From: a virus
Reading direction: 5' to 3' (one strand)
Length of the DNA: 64,000 bases
Virus record (IMG/VR): IMGVR_UViG_3300044620_000592
Coordinates: 41,670-105,669 of that record
Positions 39,821 to 48,538 of this stretch are shown here, one piece after another. The position numbers and the translations under genes are program-made. A model generated the notes under the pieces. The model ran no database searches, was not told the DNA's origin, and was given only the letters and a program-made list of their open reading frames with translations. Numbering within the stretch: position 1 is the first letter of the stretch; every line of letters starts with the position of its first letter.

Positions 39821-40083
39821 GACGAATATTCTTCAAAAATTTAATAAAAATTTTTGATGGCAAACTCCCAATCCGATATTATCGAAAATTTTAGTATATA
39901 TCGATGCAATGCTATGCATGCTTTCAGCTGCGAACATCCGGGGACTGTTCGCAGGGTCAATGGTTAGGGGATACCCCTAGGGGTATAGGGGATCATTTTT
40001 TATGCACTCCCGTGCATAATCATTCACCGAAACCCTTTATTTACAAGGGTGCGCCACCCCTAATGCATGCCCTAATGAATGAC

Positions 40084-40113
40084 TTGCGAAGGGGGGGCGG
40101 GGGCGTGTAACCT
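40084..40113 (+). promoter_or_regulatory. sigma70-type promoter, leaderless
   Basis: TTGCGA-18-TAACCT-7-ATG. Confidence 0.65.
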
Positions 40114-40120
40114 TTCAGGT

Positions 40121-40615
40121 ATGGCAACTAAGTCAGTCCCAACCAAGAGCAAGGCGCGCGTCGTGCGCTCTGCCACCCCTACCGTTACCAAGAGCGCCGT
40201 ACTAGCGCATTTGGCAACCGCCCGCACAGCGAACAAGGCGAAAGGCGTGAAAGCCTTTTACACGGGAGCGCAAGCCGATTCCCTCGCCTCTGCCGTTGCC
40301 CGTGCCCACAAGTTCCCCACACTCACCGAGGCGGGTCTTGTGGTCAAGGGTGCAAGCGTTCCCAAGACCGCCCAAGACGGGGCAGACCGCCGAGCCTTTG
40401 CCCGTGCGAACCGTGCCACCCTTGTCAATGTCTCCGACATTCTTGGCGAGAGCAAGAACGGGGAAATTACCCATGACCGCCCTGAGAACACCGTGCGTGT
40501 TCGCTTGGCAAGTATCGCCAAGGCTCTTGGCTTGCCAGCGGACACCTACTACGCCGTAAGGGCGGAGGCATACGCCGAGGGCGAGACCCCAAAGGTCTAC
40601 ATCCTCCGCAAATAG
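40121..40615 (+). CDS. basic Ala/Lys-rich hypothetical protein (paralogue of 41665..42075)
   Basis: High-GC ORF; DRPENTVR...YYAVRAEAYAEGETP shared with 41665. Confidence 0.8.
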   Translation: MATKSVPTKSKARVVRSATPTVTKSAVLAHLATARTANKAKGVKAFYTGAQADSLASAVARAHKFPTLTEAGLVVKGASVPKTAQDGADRRAFARANRATLVNVSDILGESKNGEITHDRPENTVRVRLASIAKALGLPADTYYAVRAEAYAEGETPKVYILRK

Positions 40616-40634
40616 CGGAGGGTGAACCCTCACG

Positions 40635-40665
40635 GGGGCGAGAGTCGCAAGGCTCTCGCCCCTTT
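40635..40665 (+). terminator. intrinsic terminator
   Basis: ggggcgagag/ctctcgcccc followed by TTT. Confidence 0.75.
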
Positions 40666-40700
40666 CCCCTTTTATGGGGAGTGCTGCAAAACTCCAGGAC

Positions 40701-40714
40701 CGAACGTCTGTTCG
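40701..40714. promoter_or_regulatory. LexA (SOS)-box-like palindrome
   Basis: CGAAC-GTCT-GTTCG. Confidence 0.35.
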
Positions 40715-40967
40715 CCCGGCGCGCGGGAGGAGCTTCGCACTTTGATCCCGTGTTAGTGTAACTTTAGACAGGGCGTGTAATTTTAGTACAAAAATCTTTA
40801 TGCCCGTGTAATATTACAGCTGATACCTTTATGGAAACTGTGTAACATTACACACTGTGTAACTCTAGGTATCCGTGTAATATTAGCTCCAGGAAGTTTA
40901 TGAAAAAGATCCGTGTAATCTTAGAAATAGTGTTGTATTCCTCTTAGTAATCCTGTAAGGTAACACT

Positions 40968-41183
40968 ATGAATAATTTCACGATAAGCATTAAAGAGACC
41001 GCCAAGACGATGGAGTTCACCATCACATTCGAGGAGCCTTATCGCACAGACGATAAGTTTGCCGCGAATGGTGCGCGTGTTCGTATTTGGGACTTCATTC
41101 AGAGGAACCGTATCCAGTACAGCCGACACACTAAGACCAAGCGTGTTGATGACTACTCATTCACAATGGGTATTTGGAAGTAG
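40968..41183 (+). CDS. hypothetical protein, leaderless cassette gene
   Basis: TTGTAT-17-TAAGGT-6-ATG; terminator at 41197-41226. Confidence 0.75.
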   Translation: MNNFTISIKETAKTMEFTITFEEPYRTDDKFAANGARVRIWDFIQRNRIQYSRHTKTKRVDDYSFTMGIWK

Positions 41184-41664
41184 GGGGATACACACAGGGA
41201 GGGGGCCGCTTGGCCCCCTTCTTTTTGTCTCCAGCTTCGTGTAACATTACAACCCTGTGTAACATTACAGAACTACCTAGTAGTGCAGGTAGGTGTAACA
41301 TTACAAAACTCTCAAATTGTAGTATGCGCTACAAATCGTGTGTGTAACATTACACAAGGTACCTTTATGGGATTGCTCACGCGGGTGGAGCTCCCCAGTT
41401 TCACGTAGGAGACGCACCCGCGAGAGAATAAGGTAGTTTCTACCATAATTGAGTATGAAATTGTAATCGGGCTTGTAATATTACAAGTCTTTCCGTTATT
41501 CAATTCCCTACTACATTCGCTAGGTAAAGTCAAGTCATTATGGGCATTTTCCCAGCTGGATTTTTTCTAGATTATTTTCCCTAAATGCGTAACTTTACAC
41601 AGTTTGTCGGGTAGTATTTTCTTGTTGGCAATTCCGCCAACTTGTCCCGAAAGGTAGTGCCGAA

Positions 41665-42075
41665 ATGTCTAAGCGTCATCAAGCACAATGGAAGAAGCGC
41701 AAGGCTTCTTATCTCAAGCAAATAGCCGAAGCCAATAAGGTGAACGCTAGTCGGGGAGTAAAGCAATTTTACTTTTCCGATGACCTAATCAACCTCATCG
41801 TTGATGCCGATTTTGCGCCAGTTATGCCAGTTGATATGTTGGGTCGTTCATTCGTTCAGGGTGAGGCTAGGCGTTCATTCTGTATTGAAATTGACGCTAT
41901 GCCAGTTGAGGTTGAGAACGCTACCCGAAAGGCTACGACCGACCGACCCGAAAATGCAGTTCGGGCTAATCTGTTGAGTTTCATGAAACTCATCGGAAAG
42001 AATGAGTATTACGCCATTCGGGGAGAGTCGTACCGTGAGGGTGAGATTCCGCCAGTTTGGGTTGTTCGGGTCTAG
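41665..42075 (+). CDS. hypothetical protein (paralogue of 40121..40615)
   Basis: DRPENAVR...YYAIRGESYREGEIP; SD GAAAGG; terminator at 42093-42117. Confidence 0.8.
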   Translation: MSKRHQAQWKKRKASYLKQIAEANKVNASRGVKQFYFSDDLINLIVDADFAPVMPVDMLGRSFVQGEARRSFCIEIDAMPVEVENATRKATTDRPENAVRANLLSFMKLIGKNEYYAIRGESYREGEIPPVWVVRV

Positions 42076-42327
42076 TCCCCGAACACTTACGGAAGCCCCC
42101 CGAAAGGGGGGCTTTTTCGTTTCCCCAAAAAAGGCCGGTACCTTGTAAAGTTACACCCAGTGTAATATTACAAAAAGAACCTTTATGTGGAGTGTGTAAT
42201 TTTACGAGAAATAACTTTATGGAAGGCTAAAACTTTTTTCGTGTAATATTTGGGAAATGCTTGCAATTGCTTTTCCAGCTGGTAGTATTTCTAATACAAG
42301 GCAATAGCCCATAGAGAAAGATAAGAA

Positions 42328-42618
42328 ATGAAAGTTCAAGAATTACAGACACCAAATCTTGTAGAGTTGGTAATGCCATATGAGATGTATAGATTTCTTC
42401 TTTACTGCATGGCTACCTATGAAAATCCAAAAGACACCGACATGAAGCAGGTCTACAAGAATTGCTGGGAGTTTGCAGAGTCTCTCGGTGCAGAGTCACC
42501 CCATCACTTCATTTCAGAGAATGATGGTTTCATGAAACTTTACCACCACCAGCTGGTAGTGCTTAGAGGACAGGCAGAAGCACAAGCCGAAAAGGTTGCA
42601 AAGGTAATCAAAAAGTAG
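42328..42618 (+). CDS. hypothetical cassette gene
   Basis: SD GAAAG; hairpin at 42626-42647. Confidence 0.75.
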   Translation: MKVQELQTPNLVELVMPYEMYRFLLYCMATYENPKDTDMKQVYKNCWEFAESLGAESPHHFISENDGFMKLYHHQLVVLRGQAEAQAEKVAKVIKK

Positions 42619-42917
42619 TAGGGAAGGTAGAGAGGAAACTCTCTACCGGCCTGCAATTGTGTAATATTACAAACCTGTGTAATATTACATGCCGTTGCTT
42701 TATGGCGGGCAGGTGTAATGCCTTGTTTTATCAAACATTACACCTGCTGTAACATTACACGAAGCTGGATGAAATAGAGTGTGTAATTTAAGACTGTGTA
42801 ACTTTATGGGATCGTGTAACATTAGCCAATTGCATTATGGAACTAATCCAAAAAATATTTCCTGGAATATTAGAAATTGACTTGCATAGCTTGTGTAATA
42901 TTTGTATCCTTACAGGT

Positions 42918-43163
42918 ATGAGTTACACACAACTTTCACGCCCATACCGCCTAGAGTTCAAGCCCCGTATGCAGACAATTTTTGCTCGCATGATTGTCTG
43001 TAACAATTGCCGACCTGCTGGCGAGAAATTGCTGGCTGGTCATATGTTCTTCGGCGCTCTCAGCGTCAAGCACCTTGACCGCTTCGCAGATGTCAAGTGC
43101 GACTTCTGCGAGAACGAAATCTGCAAGGAGCCTGCTCCCTGCAAGTGCCACCGCTGCAAATAG
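42918..43163 (+). CDS. Cys-rich zinc-finger-like protein, leaderless
   Basis: TTGCAT-17-TATCCT-7-ATG; CNNC, CDFC, CKCHRC motifs. Confidence 0.75.
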   Translation: MSYTQLSRPYRLEFKPRMQTIFARMIVCNNCRPAGEKLLAGHMFFGALSVKHLDRFADVKCDFCENEICKEPAPCKCHRCK

Positions 43164-43392
43164 CGGGGCTAAAGTTACAGGGAGTGCCCTCCCTCCCTGT
43201 AACACTTCCAGGGCCATGTAATGTTACACACCAGTTGTAATATTACGCGAAGCTGGATAGATTTGAGTGTGTAAGTTTACACACCGGGTAAGGTCTGATC
43301 GTGTAACATTAGCCCCCGGGCTTTATGGAAATTTTTTCTGTAACATTAGAAATAGAGTTGTTCTTTGTGTTTGGTTCTGTTAGGATTTCCTC

Positions 43393-43734
43393 ATGACCTA
43401 CTCACCTAAGCCCTATCAGACCACTTCTGCGCTTCAAGCCGACCACAAGTATTTCCGTACTTTGGTCATGCTTGGAGACATTACTATCTCATCAGAAGGC
43501 ATCATAGATATGACCGTCAATGATGCACCTACTAGCATCTACTCTTTCCTTCATAATGAGGTAGAAGAAAAGTTGTTCAATGTCTATGACACTTACTGCC
43601 TTGGCGGTTATGAAGATGAGACACTCGCAATGATTCAGCGCAAAGAATTAAAGATGTCAATGGTTGAGTTTTACACTCGCCAAATCCGTTACGCAATGGA
43701 TGAGATTTATGACGAACTAGTGAAGAGGGGGTAG
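43393..43734 (+). CDS. hypothetical cassette gene, leaderless
   Basis: TTGTTC-17-TAGGAT-6-ATG; hairpin at about 43745-43778. Confidence 0.8.
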   Translation: MTYSPKPYQTTSALQADHKYFRTLVMLGDITISSEGIIDMTVNDAPTSIYSFLHNEVEEKLFNVYDTYCLGGYEDETLAMIQRKELKMSMVEFYTRQIRYAMDEIYDELVKRG

Positions 43735-44004
43735 AATTACACGGAGAGTCCCCTAGTATTACACTAGGGGATTTCTCCCCCGGCTTTGTGTAACATTACA
43801 TACCTAATCTTACAGGCGGGCGTAAGTCGCTTCACCACAGCTATTACGCCCGCAGTAATATTACACGGAGCTGGATGGATTTGAGTGTGTAAGTTAAGAT
43901 CGTGTAACTTTATGTAGTTGTATTATGCAATCTATTAAAAAATATCTTTGTGTAATATTTGGAAATGCTTGACGGAGCTAATGTTACACATTACAGTGGT
44001 ACAC

Positions 44005-44220
44005 ATGAAGTCAGCGATAGCAACCGAAAAGTTACACAAAATCTGCACCGACAGCACCAACTGCCAGTGCCCTATTATTACAGAGGACAAGGCTTGTTCT
44101 ATTGTTACACTCATTAACGAGTTTGTAACTGAAACAAATCCCGTAGCAATTACCTTTGACAAGGCAGAAGATTACGACAAGTTCCTCGCTTATATTACAC
44201 TAGCAAGTTTGAGGGGGTGA
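44005..44220 (+). CDS. hypothetical cassette gene, leaderless
   Basis: TTGACG-17-TACAGT-7-ATG (MKSAIATEK). Confidence 0.7.
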   Translation: MKSAIATEKLHKICTDSTNCQCPIITEDKACSIVTLINEFVTETNPVAITFDKAEDYDKFLAYITLASLRG

Positions 44221-44228
44221 AAAATTAC

Positions 44229-44372
44229 ATGAGTACAGATGAAATCGTTTTGTTCTTTTCCGTCTTTGGATTCCTTTGCGGATATGGCACTTGCGCCTTT
44301 GGAAATGCATTGGCTAAAGCTACACCGGTCAAAAATTACAGACCTTACGACTGGGCGATAGACGGGGAGTAA
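44229..44372 (+). CDS. 47-aa membrane peptide (not in ORF track)
   Basis: MSTDEIVLFFSVFGFLCGYGTCAFG...PYDWAIDGE; SD GAGGGGG; terminator at about 44396-44432. Confidence 0.6.
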   Translation: MSTDEIVLFFSVFGFLCGYGTCAFGNALAKATPVKNYRPYDWAIDGE

Positions 44373-44578
44373 AATTACAGATCTCCCAAAAGTTACACGG
44401 TTCCTAATGTTACAGGGGCCGTGTTTCTTTTTGTCCCGGAACTGTAATATTACGCACCTTGTAATATTACATAGATGTCCGGAAAATGCAGTAGATAATT
44501 GTTTGCTGTAATATTAGGAAATGGTTGTTTTGGCCTTGGCTATTTGGTAGTGTTTCATTTATGAAAGGAGGTAGTCAT

Positions 44579-44704
44579 ATGAAGCTTGCAGTGCTTTACC
44601 CGAACGGGTACAAGTCTCCAATTTCGGAGGAGCAGGTCGCGAAGCACGGGCTGCGAGTAGGAATGCTCACACCGTTCACGCGCTTGCCAATCGTGGAACT
44701 CTAG
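44579..44704 (+). CDS. 41-aa hypothetical protein (not in ORF track)
   Basis: Promoter TTGTTT-17-TAGTGT, SD AAAGGAGGT, MKLAVLYPNGYKSPISEEQV...; hairpin at about 44717-44750. Confidence 0.7.
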   Translation: MKLAVLYPNGYKSPISEEQVAKHGLRVGMLTPFTRLPIVEL

Positions 44705-45075
44705 AGTTACACGGTGAGAACGGGGAGGGTCGAATGACCCTCCCCTATTCTTACAGAGCACTGTGTAACATTACAAGGGCGGGCGTAAGGTTCACACTCT
44801 TGTAACCTTACGCCCGCGTGTAAGATTACACCATGCGAGTAGATTTTAGTATGTGATTGTAATATTACATAGCCTGGCTTTATGGCGTGTAATTTTAGAA
44901 CTGATCGTGTAACTTTAGGTAAGCTATGTAACATTAGATAAAACTCTGTAACTTTACCTGTAACAATAGGAAATAGCCTATCTGTTCACTTACTGTTCAC
45001 CTAGATTCCACCTTCTGTTTACCTTGGGCTGTTATCTTGGTAAATGTCAAGGGGAAGCACCTCCGAGACACCAAA

Positions 45076-45091
45076 TGTTTCACGTGAAACA
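45076..45091. promoter_or_regulatory. parS: canonical parS centromere site
   Basis: TGTTTCACGTGAAACA, perfect match to the widespread bacterial parS consensus. Confidence 0.8.
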
Positions 45092-45116
45092 TTGGTCAAG
45101 CCGAAAGGTAGTCATA

Positions 45117-45413
45117 ATGGAATTCGAGTTTATCGATGAGAACGAAATCGAGGCAGTACGCCGAGGTCGTAAGTCAAATGTCTCAGCCGAACTGGTTGAA
45201 GCATTCCGCACAATGCCCAAGGGCAAGGCAGTCAAGGTCAAGGGTCTCAGCGTAGACCCGAAGTCGGAAGACTTCAAGAATGACAAGGCTACCGCCTCCG
45301 CTACCATCCGTACCGCAGGTCGCTTGGCAGGCGTGAAGGTCTCCATCTCATGGAGCCCCGAAGGTATCCCTCAGGTGACCACCAAGGTCGCCAAGGCTGC
45401 AAAAGTCAAGTAG
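45117..45413 (+). CDS. small basic protein with RGR motif, paralogue 1
   Basis: MEFEFIDENEIEAVRRGRKS...; SD GAAAGG. Confidence 0.85.
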   Translation: MEFEFIDENEIEAVRRGRKSNVSAELVEAFRTMPKGKAVKVKGLSVDPKSEDFKNDKATASATIRTAGRLAGVKVSISWSPEGIPQVTTKVAKAAKVK

Positions 45414-45422
45414 CCCAAGTTC

Positions 45423-45546
45423 GCTTGGAGGGGTCGGGACACCCCTCCAAGCACAGGGGCTGAAGTAGGTGCATGGTGCATGGGGAGACCCCATGACAGC
45501 GGTTAGGATGTTTCCGCCATGAAACACACTTACCTCAGTCCCCTGT
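45423..45546 (+). ncRNA. candidate structured RNA
   Basis: Hairpin gcttggagggg/cccctccaagc, then a long stem acagggg-ctgaagtaggtg/cacttacctcagtcccctgt enclosing two helices. Confidence 0.45.
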
Positions 45547-46027
45547 CCCCCCAGGATCTGTGTAATATTACAGACTGTGTAATATTACGAGCGGGTGTAA
45601 TTTTACTTACCTGTGAAAATTACACCCGTGCAAATTGTGTAATATTACAGGGTATTTTTAGTGTGCGTTTGTAATATTACAGTACCCCTGGAGCTACGCT
45701 CGATCGTGTAACTTTAGAAGCTGTGTAACATTAGCCGTGTAACTTTATGCGCGTGTAATACTAGACCGATCGTGTAACATTAGAAGCTTGCACACTACAA
45801 CCAACTTTTTTAATTATTTGGGTTGTTGGTGAGGAAATGCGAAATATGGCGATATCGTTCTACTTGTCAGATTGACACTCGGTTAGGTTCGGGGTTAGGC
45901 GGGGCGCAAGCCCCTAGCAATTTCCCCCCCTAATGGTTCTGATAGACATGAGTGATGGATAGTAAGTAACACTATCGTTCCGAAAGTTACACTCGTACAA
46001 TTTATTACACGAAAGGCAGTAACCATT

Positions 46028-46324
46028 ATGGACTTTGAGTTCATTGACGAAAACGAGATTGAGAGCGTTAAGCGTGGTCGCAAGTCCAACGCTAGCCCCG
46101 AACTCGTAAAGGCACTATCAGAGGTTCCAGCAGGCAAGGTTGTAAAAATTACAGCAATGTCAGTTGACCCAGCCTCTGAGGACTTTAAGAACGACAAGGC
46201 AACAATGTCGGCAAGCATTCGCACGGCTGGCAAGTTGGCAGGCGTAAAGGTTTCCATTTCATGGAGTCCAGCAGGCGTTCCACAAGTCAAAGTGTCTAAG
46301 CCTAAGGCTAAGGCTGGCAAGTAA
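46028..46324 (+). CDS. small basic protein with RGR motif, paralogue 2
   Basis: MDFEFIDENEIESVKRGRKS...; terminator at 46352-46390. Confidence 0.85.
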   Translation: MDFEFIDENEIESVKRGRKSNASPELVKALSEVPAGKVVKITAMSVDPASEDFKNDKATMSASIRTAGKLAGVKVSISWSPAGVPQVKVSKPKAKAGK

Positions 46325-46796
46325 TCGCTGGGTCTAATTGACCTACCGATAGGAACAACCCCCGTGAGTGTTCTTCACGGGGGTTGTTCTGCGTACCCAT
46401 GAAAGTCCGGCCGGAGGAAGATCTATTATTACACGACACCTAATATTACAGAGGTTCTATTATTACACCGGATCTAAAATTACAGAGCTCCAGGAATCCA
46501 GCTTGTGTAATATTACAGCCAGCACCTTTATGTAATATTACATAGCTCGATGGGTGTAAGTTGATATCCCCCGTCAACTTACACCCATGTAATATTACAG
46601 AGAATTCTATTAGATTATAATATATATTATGAATTAGATTAAGCTTTATCTAATCTATAACTTTATGTAACCTTTATGTGTAACATTACACGCATCTTTA
46701 TGTGGTGTAATGTTACAACCTGGTACAATAAAAAAACGGATCAGTTTCCTGACCCGTTTCTTTAACTTTTGGAATGAGTATTGTTTTATTTAATTC

Positions 46797-47150
46797 TTAA
46801 GCGATTTTCTTAAGAAATGGGACATTATTTACATCCCAAATAATGCCAACTTTTGCCCAACCTGAAGCTTTTGCCTGAGAGCGAAGAATTGCTGAATTCT
46901 TTGCTTTGGCATTTTTCTTCTCTTCAAGTGTAACAATTTCGTTATCCAATGCGAACATTGGAACACGAACAGTTTGCCCAACTTTTGCTTTACTCAAAAA
47001 AGCAACCAATTCAGGAACAACATGAGCCTTACGCCCACGCTTTACTGATTCAATTTCTTCTTCATTAATGAACTCAAATTGCATGTTCATTTCCTTCTCA
47101 TTTTCTTCTGGATTTTCTTCAGGATTTCCTGAAGTATTTTTTGAAGCCAT
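46797..47150 (-). CDS. small basic protein with RGR motif, paralogue 3 (inverted)
   Basis: QFEFINEEEIESVKRGRKA...; own promoter (TAAGGT) and terminator at about 46729-46763. Confidence 0.8.
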   Translation of the reverse strand: MASKNTSGNPEENPEENEKEMNMQFEFINEEEIESVKRGRKAHVVPELVAFLSKAKVGQTVRVPMFALDNEIVTLEEKKNAKAKNSAILRSQAKASGWAKVGIIWDVNNVPFLKKIA

Positions 47151-47585
47151 TTTCTTACTCTTTCTTTTATTTAATTAACTCATTCCTTGAGTCAATGTCC
47201 ACCTTACCGCCTAAACGTAGCAACAACAACCTATCCAAAAAATTAACAATTAAAAACTTAATTACCGAGCTTATTCTTCATCCATTTTCCGATCTGTTGT
47301 TTTAGCAGCTAGCGGGGGTTGTGTAATATTACGTTAGTGTAATATTACAAAATACTCAAATTATAGTGTGTAATATTACGTTGATCACCTTTATGGAGAT
47401 CTAAAAGATTATCTAATTTATTATCTAATCTTTTATTGCCTGGTACCTTTATGGGAGCTCATTTAATTCCCCTAAAGAAACATTATTCCTAAGGTTGGTA
47501 ATCTAATTATCAGACGGTAGGATATTTATAGGCTGACATTTAGCCGAAAAACCAAATCTATTTCCTAACGTGAAAGATAATCCAA

Positions 47586-48047
47586 ATGACCACCGAACCA
47601 ATTGACGAAATGTTTATTGCAATCCATAGTCTTACATTATGTATTGAAGTAGAAATTACTACAACAGAACATTTCCTTAAAACTGAAATTGAATATTCAA
47701 AAATTAATGGATATCAAACACAGATCAATTTCCTAACCCGATTTAGCGAGATATTCGATAAAGTTATCTCTAAGCCTTTCTATGAGAAAGTCTTTATTCC
47801 AAATATGGAAGAAAAAATGGATGCCGATACAATGGATTTCCTTTTTAGCTATAGCTATCTTAAGAATTTCTTTAAGGAATTCCATAAGGCTAACATTCTT
47901 CTAACAAAACACTTTAAGGATGCCTATACCCTAAGCGAAGTCAATAACGATATTCGTAACGCTTATCCAGGTATTGGTCATAATCCCGAACTCTTCCCTC
48001 ATCAGGAACTAATTCAATATCTAGGTTCAATGGGTAAAGGGAAGTAA
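47586..48047 (+). CDS. hypothetical protein
   Basis: 153 aa with SD GAAAG. Confidence 0.7.
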   Translation: MTTEPIDEMFIAIHSLTLCIEVEITTTEHFLKTEIEYSKINGYQTQINFLTRFSEIFDKVISKPFYEKVFIPNMEEKMDADTMDFLFSYSYLKNFFKEFHKANILLTKHFKDAYTLSEVNNDIRNAYPGIGHNPELFPHQELIQYLGSMGKGK

Positions 48048-48052
48048 AAACA

Positions 48053-48538
48053 ATGTCAAACTTTGAAACAATATTCAATAATCCAGAAAAAGCAATGGCT
48101 ATCATTTTTCATATGACTAATAGCCATGAAATAGCTGCTCAAACCATTACCGATATTCATAAAGGTATTCTTAAGGCAACTGAAATTGTTAACCAAACTT
48201 CTAACTTTCTCGAAAAGTTAAATTTTATGAAGATTCCTCAGACAATGATTGATAATCTTGAAAAGGCTAATAATGCACGTGATTCTTTTGCTAATATCCT
48301 AGAGAATCTAAAAGCTGAAAGGATAGATTATGATAAATACATCATGGAAATCTATTCCTTAACTCTTGAGCTTTGCATAATTGGTCAACAAATTACTGCT
48401 GTTTTTGGTAATACTGATGAATTCGGAATTGACCATTTATTTCCTAATCGTGAATCTTTCTTCAAAGAGATATACGATCTATTTACCGAGCTTTCATTTC
48501 AGTCAAAAGACGTAGTTCAAGAATACGCTAGTCTTTAG
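48053..48538 (+). CDS. hypothetical helical protein
   Basis: 161 aa; terminator at 48553-48581. Confidence 0.7.
   Translation: MSNFETIFNNPEKAMAIIFHMTNSHEIAAQTITDIHKGILKATEIVNQTSNFLEKLNFMKIPQTMIDNLEKANNARDSFANILENLKAERIDYDKYIMEIYSLTLELCIIGQQITAVFGNTDEFGIDHLFPNRESFFKEIYDLFTELSFQSKDVVQEYASL

Noticed and set aside
40079-45116. Upstream starts given by the track (40079, 42837, 43948, 45024)
   Set aside because: They run through promoter and repeat sequence; internal ATGs at 40121, 42918, 44005 and 45117 fit the promoter or SD spacing
45452-45546. Hammerhead ribozyme
   Set aside because: CUGAAGU and GAAA are present, but the CUGANGA core and stem topology do not fit
42709-46588. True integron attC sites
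   Set aside because: Hairpins are short, lack paired RYYYAAC/GTTRRRY boxes and extrahelical bases, and no integrase is in the window; kept only as an analogy
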